From Piromyces finnis finn (lineage: Eukaryota > Fungi > Neocallimastigomycota), in assembly GCA_002104945.1 (NCBI GenBank), contig MCFH01000002.1, forward strand, positions 992,001 through 1,056,000: a stretch of 64,000 nt of DNA, written 5' to 3'. Shown here one piece after another: positions 19,988-34,200 of this stretch. The notes beneath the pieces were generated by a model. That model was not told the DNA's origin. It did no database searches and worked only from the letters and a program-made list of their open reading frames with translations. Both the position numbers and the translations under genes were made by a program. Positions within the stretch are counted from its first letter, which is position 1. Each line of letters begins with the position of its first letter.

Positions 19988-21509
19988 TTAATCATATCTT
20001 CTAAAGTAAGTATTTAAAAGAGGTGAATTTTCCGAAACACTATTTTCTCTTTTAGCATCATACATTGATGAAGTTAAATTATTACTTCTTATTACATCTT
20101 CATTGTTATTTGAATATGAGGTATTAATAATTGTTGTTCTAGATGTTCTCTTTTCTCTACAAAGAGATAAAATCAATGCTGATATAATAAAAATAAATAT
20201 AAATACATTTTGCCATGAATGTTCATCAGAACTATATAAATTTTTCATCATCATTTATATATTTAGAAATAAAAATGAGTATATTTTTGAAATAATAACA
20301 ATATATATATATATATATGTTTAATATTTAAATGTAATAAAAATAAAAGATTATATATTACGTTTCCAATGGACAATTTTGATATTCAATTGATGGTCCT
20401 TCACAATATGGTATATTAGCTTCAATTAACTTTTCTTTTATATCTTTATGGTTTAAATTAGTTATATTCTTTGAATCAACAAAGTCAACCATAGTTTGTA
20501 AGCATTGTCTACTTCTTGTTCTTTTTCCCATTCCATTACGACTTGTATCTACATTTTCAATACATTCAGACCATTGACCCCATTCAGACCATTTTGGGTT
20601 TGAAGATTCATAATAGCCCATCATCTTTGCATCAAATTTACGACTATCTGAAATTGAATCAGTTACTTTATTATTATTCATAGCAGTAGAACGAGCAAAA
20701 ATAGAGAATTTACAGCCAATGTAATTATTATAACAATATACAGCAATTCTTGGGTTCTTCCAACGAACTGGAACACTAATTTGAGGATCACTACATCTAA
20801 CTTTATCTCTACGAGTACTTACAAGATAGAATAAACCGTCATTATTTTGAACTTCAATACGCATCTTATCTTTTTTATGACTTGAAACTAAAAAATCAAG
20901 ATATGTACCACCCTCATAACCATCATAGTATAAGTAATACCAAGAATGTACTGGAAGATAGATAGATTCAAAGCATGAACTATTTTCATCTCCTACACAT
21001 TCATTACAATCTGGAATTTTGGATTTACTGTCTTCTTGTTGAGGTTTTAAAAATGTGACATCAAACATAACTTCACAATCGTAATATATATTATTACAAT
21101 GTATAGCTATTTTTTCATTTTGCTTATATAATCTTAAATTTTTACGATAACTACAACTAACACGATTATCTCTTGACTCTAAAACATACTGATCTTTAAC
21201 ATTTTCCACTTGAACAGTTATAGAATCACCTTGAGTTGACACAACAATATAAGAAATATCTACAATTGTTCCTCTACCTCCATTTTCCTTTATTGAATCA
21301 TCAATATCATATAATTTCAAATCAATGTATTCAACACCACGACTTTTTATTGTTAATTTATTTGAAAGGGTATCATTAAAACAATTATCCTGATTTTCGA
21401 GACAAGCTTCACATTCTGGTAAATCATTTTGAGTTGAAAATGCAAAAATTAACTTGTTTAATAGTTGACACAGTAGAAGAAAAAATATTTTATTATTTAA
21501 TTTATTCAT
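19988..21509 (-). CDS. Type I membrane protein: signal peptide, two Cys-rich repeats, thrombospondin type 1 repeat, TM helix, short cytoplasmic tail
   Basis: Exon 1 is 21509-20362 and exon 2 is 20231-19988; a GTAAT...TAG intron (20361-20232) joins them in frame (…CPLET|SDEHSWQNVFIFIFIISALILSLCREKR…). Hydrophobic N-terminus. TSR signature WSEWGQWSEC…KRTRSRQC…CEGPSIEYQNC. Confidence 0.8.
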
Positions 21510-23680
21510 TTTGATTTTATTTTTATTTTATCTAGAATAAAATAAAATATATAATAGTAGTATTTAGATAAAAATTAATAATTGAAATATTTAAAAGTAT
21601 TGACTACTTTTTTAAATAATAATAATAAAAAATAAATAAATAAACTAAGAAGGGCATATAAATAGTAAAGTTACTCTTTCGTTATTAAATCAAAACTTTT
21701 TAACATTTTATAATATATATATATAACATTGAGTTTTTTTTTTTTTTTCTTCGTTTTATGTGAAAAAAACCTTTATTTTAATAAAAGTGAAAATATATAA
21801 TTTTTTATATATTATATATTATTGATATTTTATTTTCATTTCAAAACACTCTATACTATAAATATAATATTGATGTTTCTTAATAAATTAGCAATGATAT
21901 TGTTAAGTTTTATGAAATATGATATAAATATGATATATATATTATTATTGTTATTTTATACAATAAAAAATAAAAGACGTGAGAGAACTGTATTAACTGA
22001 ATTAATATTCTTTTTTTCCTTATATATTACTATTTTTTCTCTATCTGCTATAAATATTGTTCTTTTGTATATGTATATATATATATATAATATATTTTCA
22101 TTCATAGTCTTATTTTATTCTGAAAACTTTGATTTTTTTAAAAATAAAAAATATTATATATATACCTTATAATACTTTATTTAAATTTTGATTATTATAT
22201 TTTAAAAAACTTTTTATTGATATTATGAAACAGTATAAGTGATAAAGCAATTGATATAATAATTTTTATTATTTTTTAAATATAAAAAAATAAAATTCTA
22301 ATTTTAATTTAAATGACTAAATTGTTCGTATTATCAATGTCCAATTTTAAAAATATTTTATTTATATATACATTATTTTCAATTATTTTATGTTTTTTTA
22401 TTTTATTATTAAATATTATTTCATTTGGATTTAAAATAATTATTAAAAACCTAATTCAATTTATTATAAGAAGAAGAAGAAAAAGAAGAAAAATAGGGAA
22501 GCAGTAATTAACAAGTTCAATTTTTTTTTTTTTTTTTTTTTTTTTTGTAAATATTAAATTAATTAATTATATATAGAATTAAATTTTATTTCTTAATAAA
22601 TTTTTATTAAATATTAAAATGTTATTTTTATCTTTATTAATTCATCCACATACATTCAACAATAAATAAAAAAATGATAGGGCAATTTAACTAAATTATA
22701 TGAATTATCAAAAATAAATTTAAAAGTAGTATATAATTATTAAGGAAAATTTTATTTATGATATTTCTTTTATTATTATTTCATCATGTCATTTTATTCT
22801 CTTTGTTATTATTCATTTAAAAAAAGTCATGTAGAACTATAATAATATTAATCTAAATAAAACAAATTGTTCTGATGACCTTTTTATATCTACTGTTTAA
22901 ATTTTTTATAAAGTCATTATTATGAAAAAAAAATTATTAAATTAATAAATATTTAGTATTAAATAAAGTTTTAAATTATTAATTATATTAAGGTTTATAG
23001 CATGACTATTTGATTAAATTTAATTAAAAAATATATATTTTATATATTTTATATTTTATATGTTATCAAATTATTAATAAACGATTAAGTTTATATAACT
23101 TTTTTTTTTTTGTAAAATATTTTAAAGCCTTTATCTATCAAAAGCATCATTTTTAATTCTTATATACTATATTATTAAAAATATCAAATTAATAAAATAA
23201 AAAAGAAAAAACAATTAATGTAATATAATCATTCATTCCTCTTTTTTTTTTTATAATTATTATAAATTATAATAATTTCAAATACTAATTTCATCAATGA
23301 AGCTTTCATTTATAACCTATAGTCAAAAAAAAAAGTTTTTTTTTACATATGTTTACTGTTGTTTATTTATTTACTTTTATTGTTTTAATTGGTTGTTTGT
23401 TTAAAAGGTTCATTATTGAGTTTATTTTGTTTTATTATTATTTTCTTATTAATAAATTGAGTATATTTTGAATATAAAGTTTCTAATTCTAAAAAGTTTT
23501 TTTGAAATGTTAATGAAAACTTTCTTAGTTTAATATTAAAAAAATATAAAAATAATTAAATTGTTAAGATTAAAAAAATAAAAATATTCATACAATTCAC
23601 ATTACTTTTTCCCCTATCGCAATTTCTTAAATCATTTTTCAAAAATATTTTAATGTTTTTTATTTTAATAAATAAAAGAT

Positions 23681-25646
23681 TTAATGATTAAACTCTGTCA
23701 TTTGCATAGCATCTCCGGGATGTAAACGATAATCTCTATTATTCCATTTATATTTGAGATAATCAATACCTTTATATAAAATTATTAATAATAATTTAAA
23801 TTAATTTGTCTCTTTACTTGTTTATATATTATACACATTAAATACATTATAAACTTGTCATAGTATATTACCTTTCTTAAACATCTTCTTTTCCATCATA
23901 ATATATACGGGTATACCTGTAATGACAAATAATATACCTAATATAGATTCTACAGTAGCATCCATAAAACTAAAGAAAACTAAAAAGATTACAACACAAA
24001 CAAAAATTAATGGAGTTGTAAACCATACACGATATGGTCTATCCATATGTGGTTGTGTAAATCTTAAAATAATAAGACCCAAGACACAAAGACCATAGAA
24101 AATCCATGTTGATGTTGAATATAAATTTACTAATGTATTGTAGGAACCAGTAATTACATAGAAAATTGAAAAGAAAGTTTGTAAAATAATTCCATTTATA
24201 GGGGTTTCAAAACGTGAGGATATTTTTGAGAAGGTTCTTGGTAATTGACCTTGAGATGCTGTTACTTGAATTAACCTTGATCCAGTATACATTGAAGCAT
24301 TGGCAGCACCGAATGTACTTAATATAACTGTTGATATAAGAAGACGGCCTATAAATGGACCAAAAAGTGTTCTTCCAAAATCCTATTATTGTTTTTACAG
24401 TTAAAATTGTTATAAATGATGATAATTGTTGTAAATATTTTCATTCATATTTAATTAAAATGATTATTATTGTAGTAGTAAATAATGTAAATGCACATAA
24501 TAATAAATAATATATAATATAATAATAGTTAATTTAATTAGTGCTCATTATTAAAAAAAATTCAATATATTGAATACATACTAATACAATAGTTTTTGAA
24601 GTTTTTGCAACTTCTGCACTAAGAACTGCATAATAGGCTATATTAGCAATAAGATAGGATAAAATAACTGAAAAACAACCAATTTTTAATGCTTTTGGTA
24701 AATTTCTTTTTGGATTTTTAAGTTCCCCAGTAACTAAATTTAAATTATTCCTATCATATAATAATAGTAAATAATAAATGTTAATTTATTATTTATAATC
24801 CATTTATATTTGTGATGATTCTACTTACCATCCATCATATGCCCATAATGCTGAATATAAAGCTAAGGCATAGCTTCCTGGATTTTTTGAAGAGCCCTTA
24901 AATATATCGTTAAAATTATCTGTCATTGGTCCAGTAAGTAAGACACCGAATCCAAGAATTCCTATTACAGCTAATGCTACTAATTTTAACATGGTAAATA
25001 TATTTTGAATCCATCTACTCAATTTTGAGCTTATGCAATTTATGAAGGTTAGAATAATTAAGCAAAGAACGGCAACAAGTTTAGACGTAAAATCACTCAC
25101 TTCTTTATCATTATATATTAATTTACAAAAATAATCAGCAAATACTACACAAATAATCGAAAGTGAGCCTGGTTTTTGAACTAATATTGCAGTCCAACTA
25201 AACAAAAATGAAATCAATTTACCATATGCCAAAGCTAAATATGGGTGTTCACCACCAGATGCTGGTATCATAGTACCTAATTCTGCATAACATAAAGCAC
25301 CAGTTAAGGCTAAAAGACCAGCTAAAAGCCATATTAATAAAGATGCCCCAATACTTCCTGAAAATTGTAATACCGGTCCTGGAGAAGCAAAAATACCACT
25401 ACCAATCATTAAACCTATTATAAGACTTACACCTTGGAATAAAGTAACGTGACGTTCAACTTCTTGATTTGATTGTTTAACTTGTGAAAGTGATAAAGGT
25501 ATACTATGAATTTCAAAATCAAATCCATTATAAAAACTATCATCATCATTTTCATCATTTAGTACGTTATTCAATAAACCTATTTCATCATCATCTTGAC
25601 CGTTATAAAAGTTTTGACTACTATATATTTCATCTGATGAACTCAT
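23681..25646 (-). CDS. APC-superfamily L-type amino acid transporter (SLC7/LAT, MUP1-like permease), 4 exons
   Basis: Motifs GVSLIIGLMIGSGIFASPG, GALCYAELGTMIPASGGEHPYL, ALYSALWAYDGW, RPYRVW. Exons 25646-24829, 24750-24582, 24382-23872 and 23769-23681; the last exon reads GIDYLKYKWNNRDYRLHPGDAMQMTEFNH*. Confidence 0.93.
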
Positions 25647-28600
25647 TTTTATTTTTTCTCTTTAATTAATTTTAATATTAATATTATATATAATTTTTTA
25701 TTATTGATATTTCAATTTGTTTTAATGTTTTTAATTTTCCATAAATACAAATTTATTTTGGTTATAATTATTAAATTTATTATTGAAATTAATAAAAAAT
25801 TTCTAATGTTTAGTGTGAGAATTGTAATAATATACTTATTTAAAAAGTTTTATCGAAATAATCAAATACTAAAAATATATATTATTTGAAAAACGTTGAT
25901 AATAAACAAAATACTGTTGGTATATATATTTTAATTAATGTATTATAACTTTTAATGTTTGCTTATGTTTCATATACTTTAATTATAATATCTAAAATTT
26001 CAAATTCATGAAATTATCTATTTTTTTTTTCTTTCTTTTTTTTACTATTTTTATTAAATTAAAATGATATATAATAGTTTATATATTTTTTGCGATTGTA
26101 TTATTGCTAGAGTTAATTTATAATATATTTTTTTTGAGAGTTATGTTATTATTTATTATGATTTATTTTAATTTTTTTTCGTTTAGTTTATAATGCTTTT
26201 TATTATTTTTTTTTTATTTTAGTTTTTTTTTTTAATAATTTGTCCAGTATTCCAGGAAAATGTTTTTTAACTTTATTATTAACATATCTATGATAAAATA
26301 CTATCGTTTATTTTTTATTAATAAAATAAGCAAATATTCCTGTAAAATTATATTTATAAAAAATTAAAAATTATATAAATTCTATAAATAATTTATTTAT
26401 TTAATTGATAATACTGAAAAATAACATTCTATATATAAAATATGAATTTCATTTATTTTTATTATCATACATTAAGAAGGTCTTAAGCTTCTCTATTAAT
26501 AAATTATGTCTACGAAACAATATTATTGACTTTTTTTTATAAGATAAAATGACATATATTATTGTATTTTTGTATTATTGAAATATTTATTTATATACAC
26601 AATTAATTATATTAATTTAAACTTTTTATGTATATTAATAAATATAACTTTTAAAAGTATGTATATTTATTATATTTATATGTGTGTTTAAGTGAATGTT
26701 CAATATAATCTTTTATTTTTATTTAAAAGAAGAAATAAAATATATTTAAAAATTTTTATAGAATTTATTTTACTAGCTTATAAAAACTTTGTATATAAAA
26801 ATTTTATAAAATTAAATTTTGGTTTATATTAACAAATTCTTTTTGCGGATTTGTGGATTATTAAAGTTAAATATGAATTATAAAAAACTATAATAAAAAT
26901 ACTTTTAAATATAAAAAATAATACATTATAAAATATAATTAATAACAATATTTCAGTAAAAAAAAAAAAAAAAAAATAAACAATTAAAAGTATAAATGAT
27001 ATATCCTAAGATTAATATCTATCTTTATTGAACATTGAAATAATATAATCAATAAATTATATCATTAAAGAAGAAAAAATATACCTATTTGAAAAAATAA
27101 AAAAAAACATGATTAAATAATAATTACTTTTAGACTTGCAATTCATTTTGCCACTTGTTGTATAGAAAAAAAAAAAACCTAGGTAAAAAGATTCACTTTT
27201 CTCATTATAAATTATATGAATTATTAGTGAAAAGTATCTTTTATAAATATATTAATTTTAATTAATTCCTCCAATAATATAAATGATTGTAATATATAAA
27301 TTATTATAAATTATTATAAATTATATTTAGTTTATAGAATTTATTATTATGTTATTTATTTATTTGTTCATTTATTTATTTACTTTTATTATTTAAATAT
27401 CATTGAAAATAATATTATTATAGAAAGACTAAAAAAAAGAAAAAAGAAAATACAATAATTAATAACAGTTATAATTACAAAAGTTATTATTATTATTAAA
27501 ATTATAAAATATTACTCTAAAAATTACTTTAAAAAATTAAATCTATATCTCGTAATTCAATAAATTATTTTTTTATTGAAATTGGGGATAAAATGTAAAC
27601 CTTAATAATGTAAATGGAATCAAAAGAAAAAAAAAACATTAATTGTATGACTATTCTTTGTTTTTTTTTCATACTGGATGTAACTTTAATTGATTGTATG
27701 ACTAGTCTTTGTTTTTTTTTATATTGTGTGTATCTTTAAAGTATAAATATATAAAATAATACTTATATTTGTTAGTAGAGTCTTAATAAAGGATTGTAGG
27801 TTGTTCTTCATTTTTAATAATATTTTATTAAAATATTCAATACAAAAAAAAAAAAAAAAGATGATTTTTATATAATGTTATAATGTAAATTACTTTTTTT
27901 TATTTTTTTAGTCTATAATTATTGTAAAATATTTATATATTTCTTTATATTCAGGATTTTATAGAATTAATAGTTTAGTATAGAGAAATGTACTTTCTAT
28001 TAAACATTTTATTTACAGCTTTCTTTATTAATGATAATATTTTATATCAATAAATTTAAAAAATAATTAATACATTATTTATACTATATTATTATTAAAA
28101 AAAATGCCTTATTAAAGTAGTATTTTTTTTAGATTTAAAGCAATGAATAATATAAGCAAAGAAAAATTTCATAGCAAGTATACATTTTTTTAAAAGTGAT
28201 AAATAAATATACATAAATATAAAATCTCTATAATAAAATTATTATATATAATAATAATATATATATTAAAATTGATGGTTTCTATTATAATTATAATTGT
28301 TGCTGTTGTTGTTATGTTTATTATTTATTCATTCATTCATTTATTTATTTATCACATATAGTAACCATCTTTTTTAATTTATTTACCAAACATTTATTCT
28401 CATTTTTTTTAATTAAATAAAGAAATATTTTTAAAATGTGGTATAAATTATTTTTTTTTTTTTTGAAAATTTTTTTGAATAAAAAAGAAAAAAAATTTAG
28501 AAAAATAAAAACCTAAAAACCTATTTATTTATATAAATCTTTATCCAAAAAAAAAAAAAAAATATTCATTTGTTTATACTCATTTAATAGTATTATTAAA

Positions 28601-29339
28601 GAATTAAGAAAAAAATAATAAATATTTATCTTTTTTTTTTTTTTGATTTCTGGAAAATTAAAAAAAAAATAATAATAATATAAATAATTTAAAAATAAAT
28701 CCTAGAGAAATTATAGATGAAATTTTAAAATTATAATTACTTAAAATTTTAAAATTCGAATACTATATTCGAGATATCAATGTATTTTATATATTTCAAT
28801 ACAAAAATTGCAAAATTCTAATATATTTTAATAGACTATTCCATGATATTATCATTATATTGAATATATATTTGTTTGAAATAAAAAGTTTTTTTTTTTT
28901 TTTTTTTACATTATAAATTCTATGGATAACAATTAATATTTTTAATTTCCTTGTCATTACATTTAATTCCATTTATACTTTTTTTAAAAACAAAAAAAAT
29001 AAGAATCCAATAATAAAAAAGTAAATAACTATCAATCGCTATTATATATAACAAGCATACAAAAAAAAAATAGGCAATAAATAATAGTATATCTTTATCA
29101 TAATAATTTTTATTTTTAAATAAAAATAGTTTATTTAAATTCAATCAAAAATTTAATAAAAAAAAAAAATAAAGCCAATATACTTTTTAATTTTCTAATT
29201 ATTAATAGTATCAACTCTTTAAAAAAAAAGTTTGAATATGAGTAATTATCAATAAATAATAAATTTACTCAAATAAAATAAAATAATTATTTTAAAAATA
29301 ATTAATATATACTATTTTTATTGTTATTGATAAATTTAG

Positions 29340-29971
29340 GTGCACAAGAAAATCAAGATATTAATCCATCTACCCCGGATAATAATAATGAAATCCCTTC
29401 ACATTGGGGAAGAGGTTTATATTTTTTTTATTTAATATTATTTTAGAAATATACTGTTTTATTATTCTATTATTATTTATGATTAAATAAAATTTATTTT
29501 ATTTATAATATAAAATTTATGATGTTTATTTATTATCAATATAATCTAGGTTTTGTTGTTTTATTGTTAGCATTTATTGGTATTTTCATATTATACATTT
29601 ATTTAAGAAAAAGAAGACAAAATCGTGCAAATCAATATATGGGAATTGGAGCAGCTATGCCATTATATGACCCACTCCATCCATTCTCAGCAGATGATGA
29701 CTTTGAACTTAATGCCTATGACTTTGAAGGCAATATACCATCTGGAATCGGTGATTTAAAATTGCATAGTCTTGAAGATAGACAAACAGATGAAAGCTTA
29801 AACGAAAATGCAGATGACATACTAAAATGGTAAGTTTCAAATTCTTTGATAAAAAAATATTATTTAAAAAAAAAAAAAAAGCATATTAATAGAAACCTAT
29901 TAAATTAATATATTATTTTTAATATTTTAATTTTAATTATCATAAAAAAAAGGGCCGAAGAGCACGTTTAA
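29340..29971 (+). CDS. Small single-pass membrane protein, 5' end not located
   Basis: In-frame spliced exons 29340-29414, 29550-29829 and 29953-29971. TM segment FVVLLLAFIGIFILYIYL is followed by a basic stop-transfer RKRR and an acidic tail. Confidence 0.65.
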
Positions 29972-30649
29972 ATAAAAAACATGTAATATTGTTTTTATTT
30001 AAAGCAATATGTTTTACATACTATTCTTAAATGTATTATATTTGATAATCGTAAATATTAATTCAATATAATTATTATTACCAAGAAAATACTATGTTTT
30101 TAATAATTAAAATCATTATTTGAATATAATGAAAAGTTTAAAAAAAAAAGAAATAAAAGAATTAATGATAAGGAGTAATAAATAAAATAAAAAAAAATAA
30201 TGAAAATATATGTTAATATAATTTAAGCAAATAAAAAAATATTCAGAAAAAAGTAGAGGAAAAGTAATGTTTACTAAAGCAAATGTATGAAGAGATAATA
30301 AAATGATTAAAAAAGGGTAAAAAAAACATATATACTGTACATAGAAATGAAGTAGACAAGGTATTTAGGATATAAGGAAAAAGGATTCCATTAATCAAAA
30401 ATTTAAATGAATAAGAATAAAAGTAAAGATTGTACGGCCTTCAACATTTTATTATTGCTTGTTTTTTTTTTTTTTTTTTTTTTTTTGCCATTAACAAATA
30501 ATTTTAATTACTATAAAAAATATATAAATTTTCCGTAAAATAAAAAAAGTAAAATTTATACTAAATTTTAATTTATATTAAAAAAAATCAATTATTTTCT
30601 TATGGATGAAAAATTTAAATTAAAATTAACATTTAATTTATTTCTATTC

Positions 30650-30880
<231 letters not shown>

Positions 30881-31222
30881 TTATTAATGTTTTAAATAAA
30901 TGAATTTCTTTTTTTATCTTTCTATTAACGTAATTAATTGTAAAGCTTAAAAATTAATAAAAAATTCTTTTCTTCGTATAACTATCTTCTATTTATAAAA
31001 TAAAGTATTTTCTATATATCACTATTAATGATGTTATAACAAAAAGTAACTGTTATTGTTTAACTGAAAATTAAAAAAAATAATAATAATAATAAATAAT
31101 ATCAACTTGTGCACTATAAAACATTTTTTTTAAATAAAAATATTTCGAAATAATAGAAAAAGAAAAAAAGGGTTTTTTAATGAAGAAATAATAAATACAT
31201 TTATATCATTAATTAAAACTAA

Positions 31223-34200
31223 ATGGATTCAATTAATAATGGTAATTATAGTAATTAAATTCATAATAATATATAACATGTAGTTATATTAAAATAATAA
31301 TCAATTCTATTATGGTAAACTGACACTATATTTTAATTTATTTTTTTAAAAAAAAAAAGAATTAAATAAATCATTAATATCTTCCATATCATCTGAATCG
31401 CTCTCTCAACCTTTATCATCTTCTTCATCATCATCCTCACTCGATATAATTTCCAAGGATTTTACATTATCACCAAAAATAAGTTTTCAAAAATGTATAA
31501 TTCCCGAGAGTTTTAATACTACCATTTTAGAAGAGGATAACACTTCTACATTATCTTCTACTTACTCCTACATTAAAAATTTATCATCTGAAGAAATAAA
31601 TAAAAATAATAATTCTGAAAATGGTAGACCTGTTGATAAAATAATTTCTTCATTACAATCAATTTATTCACCACTATTAAAAAATGAAATTCCAGAAAAT
31701 TCTAATACTAATTTTCAAAAAGTACCTTTCCAAAATATGGACGAAAATTTGAAAGATAATGATAATGAAAATATCAAATATAATGAAATATCAGAGATGG
31801 AATCAAAGAATAGGAATGAAAAAGACAATCATATTATAGAAAAAAATATAAATGAAAATAATTATAGATCTAATGATAAAAAATATGAAAATCAAGAAAA
31901 TATTGATAAAAATATAAATATAATAATTACAGACTACAGAAATTTTAAGGATATTCATAATATAAATATAAATGGTATATTTAAATATATAAATAAAAAT
32001 ATAATTTGTTTTATTTTTCATAATATCATAATATCTATTAAAATAATGATGATTTATAAAATTAGGAAAAAATATTTATATATTTATTTTTAAAAATATA
32101 ATCAGGAAAGAAATCAGAGGAAACGCAAAAATGTAACTTTATAAAAAATTTTATTGATGTATGTAATATTGTCTTAATATGTAGATAATTGTTTTGTTTA
32201 AAATAATAATAATAATAATAATAATTGAAAAAGAAAGAAAAAAAACCATTAGAATGAGTGAATAATATTGAAACTGTGTTTATATATTATAATAATAGTG
32301 TACTTTAGATGAATATGGATCCTGTAATTCTTTTGAGAAAAAGATAATTGAAAAAATGTTATCCAAACAAATACCGTTGTTGAAAAATTATGAAAAAATT
32401 ATTATAAATATAGAATCCTTTATTGAAAATATAATCAATGATTTAAATAAAAATAATGCAAAAGAACAAGTAATTATCATATAAAAATGATTATATAATA
32501 TAATTTTTTATCCTTCTAAACTATTACGGTTTTTATTACTAATTATTATTTATTTCAATAATAATCTCTAGAACCTTATTACTAATATCGAACAATTAAA
32601 GGTTTATTTTTTTTTTATATATTAATCAATTTATAATTATTTCTTTTTTTAATATCTACAATAAATAATAATTTTTATCAATATTTATTTGAAATTATAA
32701 ATATTTACTTAGAATGAATTGAAAAAATCAAAAGATACCATAAAACAATTAAATGTAAAATATCAAAAAAAAAAAAAAAAAAAAAAAAAGAAAATCAATA
32801 TCTATTAATTATTCTTACTAATAACAAATAATATTATTTTATTATATTATCAATTTATTTATTGGTCTCTAAAATAACAATATATCAAAGCAATATTCAA
32901 TTAATGTTACTGAAGAAAATAAAGGTTTAAAAATGTATTCCATAAAAATAGAAAATGAAAATAATAATTTAAAAGAGCATATTAAAACAGTAGAAAAAGA
33001 AATATGCTATCTAAAGGAACATGTAAACACAATTGAAAAAGAAAATAGTAATTTAAAGCAATATTCTCAAAAAATGGAAAAGGATAATATAGACCTGGAA
33101 CATGGCATTGATAAATACAAAAAATACATAAAACAATTGTGTAAAAATGAACAAAAAGAAGTGGAAAAGCGTCAAAAAGAAGAAGAATTAAAAAAAATAT
33201 TAATGAAGGAAAAAGAAAAAATAAGAGAAGAAGAGCGAAAGCAGATGATGAAAGAAATCGAAAATGTTAAAATTAATGAAAGAAAAAAAAGGATGAATGA
33301 AATTGAAAGAATAAGTAATAAAAAGGATGAATACTTAAAAAGTGAATTAGAAAAATTAAAACAAGAAGGAAACTTAAAATTAAAAAATGAAATTAAAAGA
33401 ATACAAGAAGAAGCGGGAGAAAAATTAAGAAAAGAAAGTATAAAAATAAAAGAAGAAGAAAGAGAGAAAATAAAATTAGAAATTGAAAAAATGAGAGAAG
33501 AAGAATGGGAAAAATATAGAGTGGAATTAAAAAAAATAAAAGATGAAGCTGAAAATAGAAATAGAATCAATCCTGGAACAGAAAAAAATGATAATAGCAA
33601 TGATAATAATGATAATGATAAATTAAAACAAGAAAATATAGATACTAGTTCAAGTTCACCCGGTGAAGCTTCTACTACAATTAAAATAAAAATAAAGAAA
33701 GCATCATCAAAAACCGTTTTACCCGACTCTAAAAAGGCTTCGTTTTATGATATAAATTTTATAGAAACTAGAAATAATATTGAAAGTATAGAAAATGCTA
33801 TCATTAGAATTAACAATTCTACCACTGACATCATTAAAAAAGCCATATTAATCTATGACTATTTATTTAAGGAAAACTTAAAGTATGAAAATAATAATAA
33901 ATTAGGTCAGGCTGAAGAAGATAATGAAATTAAAAGATTAAGACATATCTACAAGAGTATTGTCAAAAAGTTCCAGATTTCCTTAGAAGATGAAATCAAA
34001 AGGATTTCCACAATACGAGAAACTTATACAGAAAAAGTAAACGAACAACAATATCAATTATTAAAAATGCAACAAAAAGAACATGAATTATTGTCAATAT
34101 GTCATTCAGAACAGTATAAGGAAAACCAACAACAAGTACAACAAATTATTCAACAACTAAAACAAGAATTTATTAGCATTCAAAATAGTTCACCAAAAAA

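Noticed and set aside
21822-22507. ORFs 21822-22172 and 22313-22507
   Set aside because: TTG-started or F/I/L/Y-rich products of AT-rich intergenic DNA, with no splice or homology support.
33172-33600. 142 aa minus-strand ORF
   Set aside because: Antisense to the E/K-rich coiled-coil exon.
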